A stretch of DNA of 64,000 nt from Pecten maximus (taxonomy: Eukaryota): NCBI RefSeq assembly GCF_902652985.1, contig NC_047019.1, forward strand, positions 14,190,097 to 14,254,096, given 5' to 3'. This document shows positions 1-13,439 of the stretch, piece by piece. Position 1 is the first letter of the stretch, and the number at the start of each line of letters is the position of its first letter. Under the pieces are notes generated by a model. The model was given only the letters and a program-made list of their open reading frames with translations. It searched no databases and was not told where the DNA came from. The position numbers and the translations under genes were made by a program.

Positions 1-3000
1 ATACCACACAGGGGCTTAATACTACACAGGGGCTTGATACTACACAGGGGCTAGATACTGCACAAGGGCTTGATACCACACATGGGCTTGATACCACACA
101 GGGGCTTGACACCACACAGGGACTTGATACCACACAGGGGCTTGATACTACACAGAGGCTTGATGCTACACAGGGGTTGACACTACACAGGGTCTTGATA
201 CTACACAGGGGCTTGATACTACACATGGGCTCGATGCTACATAAGGGCTAGATACTACACAGGGGTTTTATACCACACAGGGGCTTGACACTACACAGGG
301 ACGTGACATCACACAGGGGCTGGATTCGGGCTTGATACTACACTTGGGCTAGATACTACACATGGTCTTTACACTACATAGGGACTTGATACCACACATG
401 GCTTGATATCACACAGGGGCTTGATACCACACAGGGGCTTGATATTTAACAGAGGCTAGATACTACACAGGGGTTAGATACCACACAGGTGGTTGATACT
501 ACACAGGGGCTTGATACCACACAGGGACTTGATACCACACAGGGGCTAGATACCACACAGGGGTTTGATACCACACAGGGGCTTGATACTACACAGGGGC
601 TTGATACCACACAGTCGCTTGATATCACACAGGGGCTTGATACCATACAGGGGCTTGATACTACACAGGGGCTAGATACCACACAGGGGCTTAATACTAC
701 ACAGGGGCTTGATACTACACAGGGGCTAGAAACCACACAGGGGATTGATACCACACAGGGGCTTGACACCACACAGGGACTTGATACCACACAGGGGCTA
801 GATACCACACAAGGGCTTGATACCACACATGGGCTTGATACCAAACAGGGGCTTAATACTACACAGGGGCTTGATACTACACAGGGGCTAGATACCACAC
901 AGGGGCTTGATACCACACAGGTGTTTGATACTTCAAAGGGGCTTGACACCACACAGGGACTTGATACCACACATGGGCTTGATACCAAAAAGGGGCTTAA
1001 TACTACACAGGGGCTTGATACCACACAGGGGCTTGATACTACAGAGAGGCTTGATACTACACAGGGGCTAGATACCACACAGGGGCTTGATACCACACAG
1101 GGGCTAGATACCACACAGGAGCTTGATACCACACAGGGGCTTGACACCACACAGGGACTTGATACCACAAAGGGGCTTGATACCACAAGGGCTTGATACT
1201 ACACATGGGCTTGATACTACACAGTGGCTAGATACCACACAGGGGCTTGATACCACACAGGGGCTAGACACTACACAGGGGCTTGATACCACACAGGGGC
1301 TTGACACCACACATGGACTTGATACCACACAGACGCTTGATACTACACAGATGCTAGATATCTCACAGGGGCTAGATACCACAGAGGGGCTAGATACCAC
1401 ATAGGGGCTAGATACCACACAGGGGCTTGATACCACGCATGGGCTAGATAGTATACAGGGGCTAGATACTACACAGTGGCTAGATACCACACAGGGGCTT
1501 GATACCACACAGGGGCTAGATACCACAGGGGCTTGATACTACACAGGGGCTTGATACTACACAGGGGCTTGATACCACACAGGGGCTTGATACTACACAG
1601 GGGCTATATTCCACACACGGGTTTGATACCACACAGGGGCTTGATACTACACAGGGGCTTGATACCACACAGGGGCTTGATACTACACAGGGGCTTGATA
1701 CCACACAGGGGCTTGATACTACACAGGGGCTATATTCCACACACGGGTTTGATACCACACAGGGGCTTGATACTACACAGGGGCCTGATACCACACAGGG
1801 GCTTGATACTACACAGGCGCTTAATACTACACAGGGGCTAGATACCACACAGGGGCTTAATACTACACAGGGGCTTGATACTACACAGGGGCTAGATACT
1901 GCACAAGGGCTTGATACCACACATGGGCTTGATACCACACAGGGGCTTGACACCACACAGGGACTTGATACCACACAGGGGCTTGATACTACACAGAGAC
2001 TTGATGCTACACAGGGGTTGACACTACACAGGGTCTTGATACTACACAGGGGCTTGATACTACACATGGGCTCGATGCTACATAAGGGCTAGATACTACA
2101 CAGGGGTTTTATACCACACAGGGGCTTGACACTACACAGGGACGTGACATCACACAGGGGCTGGATTCGGGCTTGATACTACACTTGGGCTAGATACTAC
2201 ACATGGTCTTTACACTACATAGGGACTTGATACCACACATGGCTTGATATCACACAGGGGCTTGATACCACACAGGGGCTTGATATTTAACAGAGGCTAG
2301 ATACTACACAGGGGTTAGATACCACACAGGTGGTTGATACTACACAGGGGCTTGATACCACACAGGGACTTGATACTACACACGGGCTTGATATCAAACA
2401 GGGGCTTGATACCACACAGGAGCTTGATACTACACAGGGGCTAAATACTACACAGGGGCTTGATACAACACAGGGGCTTGATACCACACACGGGTTTGAT
2501 ACCACACAGGGGCTTGACACCACACAGGGACTTGATACCACACAGGGGCTAGATACCACACAAGGGCTTGATACCACACATGGGCTTGATACCAAACAGG
2601 GGCTTAATACTACACATGGGCTTGATACTACACCGGGGCTAGATACCACACAGGGGCTTGATACCACACAGGTGTTTGATACTTCAAAGGGGCTTGACAC
2701 CACACAGGGACTTGATACCACACATGGGCTTGATACCAAAATGGGGTTTAATACTACACAGGGGCTTGATACCACACAGGGGCTTGATACTACACCGAGG
2801 CTTGATACTACACAGGGGCTAGATACCACACAGGGGCTAGATACCACACAGGAGCTTGATACCACACAGGGGCTTGACACCACACAGGGACTTGATACCA
2901 CTCAGGGGCTTGATACCACAAGGGCTTTATACTACACAGGGGCTATATTCCACACACGGGTTTGATACCACACAGGGGCTTGATACTACACAGGGGCTTG

Positions 3001-5225
3001 ATACCACACAGGGGCTTGATACCACACAGGGGCTTGATACTACACAGGCGCTTAATACTACACAGGGGCTAGATACCACACAGGGGCTTAATACTACACA
3101 GGGGCTTGATACTACACAGGGGCTAGATACTGCACAAGGGCTTGATACCACACATGGGCTTGATACCACACAGGGGCTTGACACCACACAGGGACTTGAT
3201 ACCACACAGGGGCTTGATACTACACAGAGGCTTGATGCTACACAGGGGTTGACACTACACAGGGTCTTGATACTACACAGGGGCTTGATACTACACATGG
3301 GCTCGATGCTACATAAGGGCTAGATACTACACAGGGGTTTTATACCACACAGGGGCTTGACACTACACAGGGACTTGACATCACACAGGGGCTGGATTCG
3401 GGCTTGATACTACACATGGGCTAGATACTACACATGGTCTTTACACTACATAGGGACTTGATACCACACATGGCTTGATATCACACAGGGGCTTGATACC
3501 ACACAGGGGCTTGATATTTAACAGAGGCTAGATACTACACAGGGGTTAGATACCACACAGGTGCTTGATACTACACAGGGGCTTGATACCACACAGGGAC
3601 TTGATACTACACACGGGCTTGATATCAAACAGGGGCTTGATACCACACAGGAGCTTGATACTACACAGGGGCTAAATACTACACAGGGGCTTGATACAAC
3701 ACAGGGGCTTGATACCACACACGGGCTTGATATCACACAGGGGCTTGATACAACACAGGGGCTTTATACTACACAGGGGCTTGATACTACCCAGGGGCAT
3801 GATACCACACAGGGGCTTGATACTACACAGGGGCTAGATACCACATGGGCTAGATTGCACATGGGCTTGATACAACTCAGGGTCTTGATACAACACAGGG
3901 GCTTGATACCACACAGGGGCTAGATACCACACAGGGGTTTGATACCACACAGGGGCTTGATACTACACAGGGGCTTGATACCACACAGTGGCTTGATATC
4001 ACACAGGGGCTTGATACCATACAGGGGCTTGATACTACACAGGGGCTAGATACCACACATGGGCTTAATACTACACAGGGGCTTGATACTACACAGGGGC
4101 TAGAAACCACACAGGGGATTGATACCACACAGGGGCTTGACACCACACAGGGACTTGATACCACACAGGGGCTAGATACCACACAAGGGCTTGATACCAC
4201 ACATGGGCTTGATACCAAACAGGGGCTTAATACTACACATGGGCTTGATACTACACCGGGGCTAGATACCACACAGGGGCTTGATACCACACAGGTGTTT
4301 GATACTTCAAAGGGGCTTGACACCACACAGGGACTTGATACCACACATGGGCTTGATACCAAAATGGGGTTTAATACTACACAGGGGCTTGATACCACAC
4401 AGGGGCTTGATACTACACCGAGGCTTGATACTACACAGGGGCTAGATACCACACAGGGGCTAGATACCACACAGGAGCTTGATACCACACAGGGGCTTGA
4501 CACCACACAGGGACTTGATACCACTCAGGGCTTGATACCACAAGGGCTTTATACTACACAGGGGCTATATTCCACACACGGGTTTGATACCACACAGGGG
4601 CTTGATACTACACAGGGGCTTGATACCACACAGGGGCTTGATACCACACAGGGGCTTGATACTACACAGGCGCTTAATACTACACAGGGGCTAGATACCA
4701 CACAGGGGCTTAATACTACACAGGGGCTTGATACTACACAGGGGCTAGATACTGCACAAGGGCTTGATACCACACATGGGCTTGATACCACACAGGGGCT
4801 TGACACCACACAGGGACTTGATACCACACAGGGGCTTGATACTACACAGAGGCTTGATGCTACACAGGGGTTGACACTACACAGGGTCTTGATACTACAC
4901 AGGGGCTTGATACTACACATGGGCTCGATGCTACATAAGGGCTAGATACTACACAGGGGTTTTATACCACACAGGGGCTTGACACTACACAGGGACGTGA
5001 CATCACACAGGGGCTGGATTCGGGCTTGATACTACACTTGGGCTAGATACTACACATGGTCTTTACACTACATAGGGACTTGATACCACACATGGCTTGA
5101 TATCACACAGGGGCTTGATACCACACAGGGGCTTGACACCACACAGGACTTGATACCACACAGGGGCTTGATACTACAGAGGCTTGATGCTACAAGTGTG
5201 TGACACTACACAGGTCTTGTATCAC
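1..5225. repeat. Tandem 20-bp satellite (consensus about caggggcttgatacYacaca), about 260 monomers, with an irregular higher-order repeat
   Basis: Direct reading shows a 20-bp period. Long blocks recur (for example 50-500, 1893-2350, 3121-3570, 4741-5100) at spacings of 1841, 1229 and 1620 bp, indicating higher-order units with unit gains and losses. ORFs are open on both strands because the monomer is stop-free in several frames. Confidence 0.95.
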
Positions 5226-5659
5226 AGTCGGCTTTCTGAAGGGTGAGCTACATATGCAGATACTAAAGGGTTATCGAGAAGGGGTGATCACTACTATGGT
5301 AGTGAATGACACAGGGCTGATGGTGAGCCAATTGAGAGAACAGGGTCAATGGTCTTACACTGGTTGAATACAATCTATGATATCACAGGGCTTATCAAAC
5401 TTATATTTACAGAGTAGATACAAGTTTGATACGACATAGGTGTTGATATACACAGGGTTATACACAAATCAGGGACATTTATAACACGGCCTTGACCAGG
5501 TTATACACACCTAATTACTACCAGATATACCGGGGTGATAAACACTGAACCACACGGCATATCACAGGTTCTAAAAGGTTTTTCAATTGAACTAGGTCAT
5601 GTGACCAAGGGCTTGATAATACAGTAAATAACTGGATCACATGGGATATATACAATCAA
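5226..5659. repeat. Degenerate satellite-derived spacer, paralogous to 6866-7265
   Basis: The blocks 'cagggtcaatggtcttacact...aatacaatctat' and 'cttgaccaggt...cacctaattac...ccagatatacc...gataaacactg(a/c)accaca' appear in the same order at 6866-7265. Confidence 0.7.
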
Positions 5660-6312
5660 GGTATACAACACAGGGGCTTGATACCACACAGGGGCTAGAT
5701 ACCACACAGGGGTTTGATACCACACAGGGGCTTGATACTACACAGGGGCTTGATACCACACAGTGGCTTGATATCACACAGGGGCTTGATACCATACAGG
5801 GGCTTGATACTACACAGGGGCTAGATACCACACATGGGCTTAATACTACACAGGGGCTTGATACTACACAGGGGCTAGAAACCACACAGGGGATTGATAC
5901 CACACAGGGGCTTGATACCACACATGGGCTTGATACCAAACAGGGGCTTAATACTACACATGGGCTTGATACTACACAGGGGCTAGATACCACACAGGGG
6001 CTTGATACCACACAGGTGTTTGATACTTCAAAGGGGCTTGACACCACACAGGGACTTGATACCACACATGGGCTTGATACCAAAATGGGGTTTAATACTA
6101 CACAGGGGCTTGATACCACACAGGGGCTTGATACTACACCGAGGCTTGATACTACACAGGGGCTAGATACCACACAGGGGCTAGATACCACACAGGAGCT
6201 TGATACCACACAGGGGCTTGACACCACACAGGGACTTGATACCACACAGGGGCTTGATACCACAAGGGCTTTATACTACACAGGGGCTTGATACCACACA
6301 TGGGTTAGACAC
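5660..6312. repeat. Continuation of the 20-bp satellite
   Basis: Same monomer as 1-5225. Confidence 0.95.
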
Positions 6313-6337
6313 ATGCGCGATGACCCAGAATGAAAAA

Positions 6338-6600
6338 AAAATATCCCCAGTTTACAATCTGTATACAGATATATGTATTTATGTATGTAAAAGAGTTTTC
6401 TGTATCTAAAATATAGATATCTATCTACACATATATGTATTAATATATATATAAGAGGTTTCTGTATTTAAAAGATAGATATCTGTATACAGATATATGT
6501 ATTTATATATATAAAAGAGTTTTCTGTATCTAAAATATAGATATCTGTATACAGATATATGTGTTTATGTATATAAAAGAGATATCTGTTTTTTTGTCAG
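6338..6600. repeat. AT-rich tandem repeat of about 60 bp, 4 copies
   Basis: The unit 'ctgtatacagatatatgtatttatgtat(a)taaaagag(t)tttctgtatctaaaatatagatat' is repeated. Confidence 0.85.
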
Positions 6601-6865
6601 AGATATTGGATGTGGATTTGATTATTTGATGATTTTATAATGCATGCTTGTCAGATTTTACCATCAGGAAATTATGCATTTTCAAATTCAAAGAAAAGAG
6701 GCCAAGAAAATAACATCTGAATAAAACAACTTTTTACAACTACTGTAATACCTTACAGCAATATATGAATGTGTGAAACCTCTTTCTATCAATCATGTCA
6801 GGATTTTTGAAGTTGTGACTCCACTTATGAAGTATTTTAAGTAGGGAATGGAGAGGGGGTGATAG

Positions 6866-7265
6866 TATATGTTAGTATGTACAATGGGAAGTGGAGGCCA
6901 ATTAAGATGACACAGGGTCAATGGTCTTACACTTTGTAATACAATCTATATATAGTATGGATAAATTCATATCTTTACTTTCAGATCAGATACATATTGT
7001 GCATTATATGATACATTATGCTGATAATTAGATATATGACCTAGTTAACACAAATGATAGAGGAAGACAATTTTATGACACGTGCCCTGACCAGGTCATA
7101 TCAGCACCTAATTACCTAGCCAGATATACCTGGAGTGGATAACACTGCACCACATCCATATTCTTTAAAAAGAATGTTTCAATGGTAACTTGATGGTCAT
7201 AGTGACAATTTGTGTCTATTAGATGACAGAAATACCTGGATCACAATATATATATATATATACAA
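6866..7265. repeat. Second copy of the degenerate spacer block (paralog of 5226-5659)
   Basis: Co-linear sequence similarity read directly. Confidence 0.7.
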
Positions 7266-7469
7266 TGTATACATGAGTGCGCTAAAAGTAACAAACTATT
7301 GTATGAATTTTTAATTGTCTCTTGACACAGTTTATCCCCTACTCTTAAAGTCTTAATGGTCCGCAGCTGCTTTGCTAGGGTCACATAGATAGAACATGGC
7401 TATAGTCTGGGGGGCAAAGCCTACATATCAATAGACCCAGTACAAGATGAAAAGGTTATTTATGATGTA

Positions 7470-8640
7470 AATACAACTAACTTTACTAAGTACCTCAAAA
7501 TGATCAGTAGGGTATTTATGGTACAAGTAACAATGTGTTCTGACAAGATGAGTAGGTTTTTTATGGTACAAGTACCAATGTTTTTCGACAAGATGAGTAG
7601 GGTATTTATGGTACAAGTACCAATGTGTTCTGACAAGATGAGTAGGGTATTTATGGTAGAAGTTTCAATGTGTTCTGACAAGATGAGTAGGGTATTTATG
7701 GTACAAGTACCAATGTGTTCTGACCAGATGAGTAAGTTATTTATGGTACAAGTACCAATGTGTTCTGACAAGATGAGTAGGGTATTTATGGTACAAGTAC
7801 CAATGTGTTCTGACAAGATGAGTAGGGTATTTATGGTACAAGTTTCAATGTGTTCTGACAAGATGAGTAAGTTATTTATGGTACAAGTACCAATGTTGTC
7901 CCACAAGATGAGTAGGGTATTTATGGTACAAGTACCAATGTGTTCTGACAAGATGAGTAGGTTATTTATGGTACAAGTTTCAATGTGTTCTGACAAGATG
8001 AGTAAGTTATTTATGGTACAAGTACCAATGTGTTCTGACAAGATGAGTAGGGTATTTATGGTACAAGTACCAATGTGTTCTGACAAGATGAGTAGGGTAT
8101 TTATGGTACAAGTTTCAATGTGTTCTGACAAGATGAGTAGGGTATTTATGGTACAAGTACCATTGTTGTCCCACAAGATGAGTAGGGTATTTATGGTACA
8201 AGTACCAATGTGTTCTGACAAGATGAGTAGGTTATTTATGGTACAAGTACCAATGTGTTCTGACAAGATTAGTAGGTTATTTATGGTACAAGTACCAATG
8301 TGTTCTGACAAGATGAGTAGGGTATTTATGGTACAAGTACCAATGTGTTCTGACAAGATGAGTAGGGTATTTATGGTACAAGTTTCAATGTGTTCTGACA
8401 AGATAAGTAGATTATTTATGGTACAAGTACCAATGTGTTCTGACAAGCTGAGTAGGGTATTTATGGTACAAGAACCAATGTGTTCTGACAAGATTAGTAG
8501 GTTATTTATGGTAGAAGTACCAATGTAGTCCAACAGGTTGAGTAGGGTATTTATGGTACAAGAACCAATGTACTCTGACAAGATGAGCAGGGTATTTATG
8601 GTACAAATACCAATGAAGTGTGATGTCTGACATGATGTGT
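7470..8640. repeat. Tandem 45-bp satellite, about 26 copies
   Basis: The unit 'gacaagatgagtagggtatttatggtacaagtaccaatgtgttct' has a 45-bp period. The 15-aa periodicity in the ORFs on both strands is an artefact of this. Confidence 0.95.
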
Positions 8641-9298
8641 AAGTTATTCATGATACCAATAACAACGTGATGATACATTACATGGAAAAGTATCTTATGG
8701 TAAACTTTAAGCTAGCACACATTTAAATTGGTTGACTGAATATAACTGAACAGGTAATTTGCAGATTATATTTCACTGTATGCATTACCATGAGGAAATG
8801 TACAAAACATACAAATAATTATGAAAGGGTATTCATGATCAGGAAAGTGTAGTAAATAACACACATGTAATTATTCAGTCTCTATTGAGATTTGTAAGAT
8901 AATCCACGGCCTGTGTCCAGGTTTAAGCCTGCTTTTATTGTTGAGATGTTTTAGAAATGTGTTTTTATTCTTAAGGATGACATGGTGACCAGTGGTAAGC
9001 AGGAAGTGACCACTATGCTGACCATGCATATGTGTTACAGTAGTACTCTTGTTGACTTCACTGAAGCGTATATAGATACAGTGAAATAGATTTCCATTGT
9101 ATGTACTGAAAAATTTCACAAAGATACAAATCAGACAAGAAAATATAAATAAACAGCATCTTTTTCATTGGTGTTACATTTCATTTGTAGATGGTTGTGC
9201 CCTAGATCTTGATCCAGACAAGAGAATTGGCGTGGAATATTGAGGAATTCGACCAGGAAATGCCCATACTCCTCAACTGATATAAAAACATTATTAAA

Positions 9299-9737
9299 AT
9301 GGATTCCGATGAAGATGATCGTATTGGTTTTGAAAACCAGGCCAGGATGGATCCATTTGATGTGATTATCAATGATCTCATTATGGAATTAGATGCTGAT
9401 GATTTGATATTCAATGAGGTTGTCAACCTGTCAAAGACTCCACTTGGGTTTTCTCATGATTTAAAATCTGGTGAAGAATATTTCAGACTTCTGGGGAATA
9501 ACTTGGGTAAGGAAGACATGCTGGATTTTCTGATTAATGTGACAGATTATCAGAACTGGCATTGTGACTTTGGTACTGAGAGGGTAGCAGACAGACTAAA
9601 GAAATACAAAGATAAGCTTGAGAAACACAAACAACAATGGAGGAGGAAGGACATTTTTGATCCCAATTTTGTTGGAAGGGACAAAGAAATCAACTCTATC
9701 ATGGAAGGAGTGCAGAATGAACACGGCACATTCACAG
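9299..9737 (+). CDS. NB-ARC/TPR STAND NTPase gene, coding exon 1 (ATG at 9299). It encodes an N-terminal domain of about 145 aa that is a possible death-fold.
   Basis: The ORF starts at the ATG. The donor is cacag|gtaagt at 9738 and leaves phase 1. The exon ends in 'FVGRDKEINSIMEGVQNEHGTFTG', which leads into the P-loop. An acceptor-like 'catttgtag' at 9190 suggests an upstream 5'UTR exon. Confidence 0.8.
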
Positions 9738-9938
9738 GTAAGTCATGAGAATCCTTTATAAAAAAGGCAACCACTGATGTGATATATGGTGGCATCAATA
9801 TTTTACTTTTAATTTGTTGCGACTGGATAGAAAAATCAATAATTTAACGTGTTGGGACTAGATAGAAAAATCAATAATAATGACTGAACTTGATGGTGTT
9901 TAAAAATACCATATTTACCCACAAATCATTCCTTCTCT

Positions 9939-10155
9939 GCGGTGGCCGAGTGGTCAAGGTGTCCCGACACTTTAACACTAGCCCTCCACCTTTGGGTTGC
10001 AAGTTCGAAACCTACGTGGGGCAGTTGCCAGGTACTGACTGTAGGCTGATGGTTTTTCTCTGGGTATTCCGGCTTTCCTCCACCTCCCAAACCTGGCACG
10101 TCCTTAAATGACCCTGGCTGTTAATAGGACAAAATAAACCAAACCAAATCCTTCT
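9939..10155 (+). mobile_element. tRNA-derived SINE copy in intron 1 of the NB-ARC gene
   Basis: The head 'gcggtggccgagtggtcaaggtg...ggttgcaagttcgaaacc' is tRNA-like (D-loop and T-loop-like boxes). The body is 'ccaggtactgactgtaggctgatgg...ctggctgttaataggac' and the tail is A/C-rich. Confidence 0.6.
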
Positions 10156-10743
10156 CTTAAAGTGGTCCACCAACAAGTCTTCCCCAAACTTAATACATTA
10201 CTAAACTTTCACAATGTAGCCAGCTGATGGTCAGGACAGGTGAGAAAGGTACTGTAAACATACATATTTTAGTGGTAACCTTATTTTAGCGCTTTTCACT
10301 CTATATTACGCAAAATCATTAATGTGCTAACTTAATAATCTATGAAATTAGCATTGATTATTTAAGTGAAATTGCAATTGGGTACCAGAGACTTGCAGAA
10401 TTTCATATCCCTGGTTTCCAAAATTCACCAACATAATGATGTTTTGTGATGCAAAAGTATTGAAATACTATAGCTTACACTGTATGCTTTCTTGCCATAA
10501 ATTTGTTAGGTTTTGGTGAAAACACATAGATCTACGTGATGTATAACTGTAAGTAAGTTTTGGAGATTGCTTTAAAATCCACTCCTCTGACAACGTCAGA
10601 TAATATGACGCAGTGTAATTGTTGTCACATTTAGATTTGTAGTTGTAAAAAAAATACGGTAGAAGAGGTTAAATCTTTTGATTCAGAATTAATAAAGATG
10701 TGTGATATCATATCAAACACTAATCGTATGTTCTGATTGGCAG

Positions 10744-10855
10744 GTGTGAGTATATTTGGCTCTGGAGGCATAGGGAAGACATCTCTGGGCAATGAAGTTT
10801 GTCGTCGACTTTGGGCCTTATCAAAAAACTGGCAAGTCATCAAAATTGATCTCAG
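10744..10855 (+). CDS. NB-ARC gene exon 2 (P-loop / Walker A)
   Basis: The acceptor is ttggcag|GT and the donor is ctcag|gtaaac. The exon encodes VSIFGSGGIGKTSLGNEVCRRLWALSKNWQVIKIDL, with the GxxxxGKT Walker A motif. Confidence 0.85.
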
Positions 10856-10887
10856 GTAAACTGCATAAGCACATTTACACTGTGCTT

Positions 10888-11000
10888 TTGGTTTGTTTAA
10901 CGTCCTATTAACAGCCAGGGTCATTTAAGGATGTGCCAGGTCTTGGATGTGGTGGAAAGATGGAGTGTCGGGACACCTTAACCACTCAGCCAACGCAGCC
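10888..11000 (-). mobile_element. Inverted, internally deleted copy of the same SINE, 33 bp downstream of exon 2
   Basis: This is the reverse complement of the 9939-10155 element (gtcctattaacagccagggtcatttaagg...gtcgggacaccttaaccactcagccaacgcagcc), with a central deletion of about 100 bp. Confidence 0.6.
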
Positions 11001-11564
11001 CCCAGTACGCTGTGCAAATAACTTCTTAGAATATAATCATAGTGTCCAAATGTGTAAAAATCTTAAAACAATGATTTCCTAAAGAGACACAGAGGCCTGA
11101 TTAAGTGATATTGGACCAATAGTATGCTGGAATGAAAGGCTACTAAGGACCTGTTACAGTATGGTTACATTGATTTTTGCCCACAATCAAATTTAATAAT
11201 TCCTGGGTGATATTTGTAGTACTATATGAGACAACCCATGAAGTATGTTTAAAAAATTCAAAAGGTCACAGGGGCCTGTTCTATGACCATTTTAGTATTA
11301 CCCTACATAGGAGTGTGACAGGGTTCCATTTTTAGTCAAAATAATGCACTTTTTTTAATGAATAAAGCTAGCCTACTCTGATATTTCAATAAAGTGGAAA
11401 TCAGCTTAGTATCTGCATAAATGACCTAAATCAACTTCATAGTTGCCCTAGAAGCAGGTGAGCGATACAGGTCTCTTTGTTGCTTTTTTTATTTGTCATC
11501 TTATATTAAAACTACATGTATTTTTATGATAACTACATATTATCATACCCCCTGAAACGAAGTG

Positions 11565-11945
11565 AGTGTATACTGGAATCAGGTTGTCCGTCCGTCTGTA
11601 GACACAACAATGTACCTGCTACTCCTCCTGAACTACTGAGGGAATTTCAACGAAACTTTATGGCAATAACCCTTATACATTGTAGATGTGCATAATCTTT
11701 ATTGTAATTTTGTGGTTACCATGGTAACCAGGTCACTATACTTCATTTTTTGGGTGAGTCCATAGTCACAACGATGTACCGGCTACTCTTCCTAAACTAC
11801 TGAGGGAATTTCAATGAAACTTTATGGCAATAACCGTTATACATTGAAGATGTGCGTAATCTGTATCATGTTGTAATTTTGTGGTTACCATGGTAACCAG
11901 GTCACTGTACTTCGTTTTTTGGGTGAGGGGGGATTTTGTCCAGTT
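11565..11945. repeat. Intronic tandem duplication of about 190 bp, 2 copies. It contains the palindrome ggttaccatggtaacc and a (gtcc)n-like motif.
   Basis: Two adjacent near-identical blocks read directly. A related fragment lies at 12040-12310. Confidence 0.75.
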
Positions 11946-12589
11946 ATCTCCTCATAAACCTGTGAACTGCTTCATGTCAAACTAAACAGGAGTGATAGGG
12001 ACCATGTGTAAATGTGCATGCATGATATTTATCTACAGAATTTTTGATTTCCATGGTTACCAGGTTTTAATGCCCATATTTTTGTGGAAAAGTTTGTCAA
12101 GACAACTTGGACAACTCCTTCATAGCTATCAACCGATTTCGTTTGAAATACATGTACACAGGAATATTAGGAAATCATAATGTGTACATTTGCATGCAGG
12201 TTTTTTCCCCCACAAATTTAGGTTGCCGTGGTAACCCGTTCACTAAAAACAAGTTTTTGTTGGAAAATCTTCACCAGAGGGGTGGTGGAGGGGCGGGGGG
12301 TATGAGTTGGCCCTCTGGACGACAGTTCTAGTTAACTTTGTCTTCGGTAAATACTTATTTTCAGGTTAATAAATCCATACATTGACCTTATCAAAAGGCT
12401 ATAACTGTATAGTGTTGAACTTTACTGATGAGCGAATATTCTAGTATAAAAAAAGCAAACAGAATGATTTTCACTTACAAAAAGAATTACTGTAAAGTGA
12501 ATGTAAGCTTCTGAAAGGTAAAAATCCATTTTGTACGAGCAGAAACAAGTAACATCACCTGTTTAAATGAATGTTTACTTGTGTTGCAG

Positions 12590-12762
12590 AGGGAAATACT
12601 CGATGGGAGATTTAATGAAGGACATTATCTTAGAGCTTCAACTGAAGGATGATGGAACAATGTCAGATGCTGATTCAGATGACCTGCAAAACAGCCTAAA
12701 AGATGCAATGGAAAGCAGGATGCAAGCTAACATTTTAAACCACCTAGGCAAAATCACACGCA
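12590..12762 (+). CDS. NB-ARC gene exon 3
   Basis: The acceptor is tgttgcag|a and the donor is cgca|gtaagtat. The phase is compatible with exon 2 (AG+A gives Arg). The exon encodes GKYSMGDLMKDIILELQ...NHLGKITR. Confidence 0.8.
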
Positions 12763-13439
12763 GTAAGTATATATTTGTGTTCATTATAAAAAGTGAGATC
12801 TTCACTTGTAATGGCTGTTAAGTACAGTCTGTGTTATGGCTAAATGTGTTACACAAAATGTCTCATCCGGTGTCATAGGTCAAGGTTGTTTCTAGTATGG
12901 GCTCTCTGACTAGATGTGGCTGTTGTCCTTCTGATATTGAATTTTCCCCCCTAAGCAACTTCTTCTCAGTATCCCAGAGACACATGGCTACAATACTGAT
13001 CCTTAAGAATATTGTGCTAAAGGGCTACCTTGCAAATATGTGAAAATTTTAATGATTTTTTTCTCAATAACAAAAAGGTCACGCGTGTCATATGTAAAAA
13101 TCCAGTTGCATAGTTGGATTCCAAAATATCCAGATGAATATAATATAGTTTACTGTGTTTTGTATTGAAGAACTGAATATCATCCATATCATCTTTGAAG
13201 TTGCATTAGTAACAGTCATGAGTGATACATGCCTATTGGACCTCTTGTTTTGTATTATTACAATGACTTTCCAAAAATCATAACTGTTATACTTTTAAAA
13301 CTTAAGTCTGGGGAAATAATACGATGATTTCTTTTCAAAGTGTAAAACAATGAATCAATCTAATTTAGATTTGCATGCAATTAATTACCATTGTAGAATA
13401 CTATCTCTAATGTTTGTTTGTTTTTCTCGATCACAACAG

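Noticed and set aside
446-6409. Many long ORFs on both strands (up to 246 aa) with periodic Gly/Leu/Asp/Thr or Ser/Pro/Cys/Val peptides
   Set aside because: They lie entirely within the 20-bp satellite. The monomer is stop-free in several frames on both strands, so the ORFs are repeat artefacts. They have no start context and no splice signals.
7460-8581. A 373-aa minus-strand ORF and a 342-aa plus-strand ORF with 15-aa periodic repeats
   Set aside because: They coincide exactly with the 45-bp satellite (15 codons per unit) and so are artefactual.
9282-9290. 'tataaaaaca' as the TATA box of the NB-ARC gene
   Set aside because: It lies only about 10-17 bp upstream of the ATG, too close to function as a TATA box. 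An acceptor-like site at 9190 suggests the real promoter and a 5'UTR exon lie further upstream.
9939-10030. A possible genuine tRNA gene (tRNA-like 5' end gcggtggccgagtggtcaaggtg...ggttgcaagttcgaaacc)
   Set aside because: The acceptor stem and anticodon arm cannot be completed. The sequence continues into a SINE body and has an inverted partner copy, so it is a SINE head rather than a tRNA gene.
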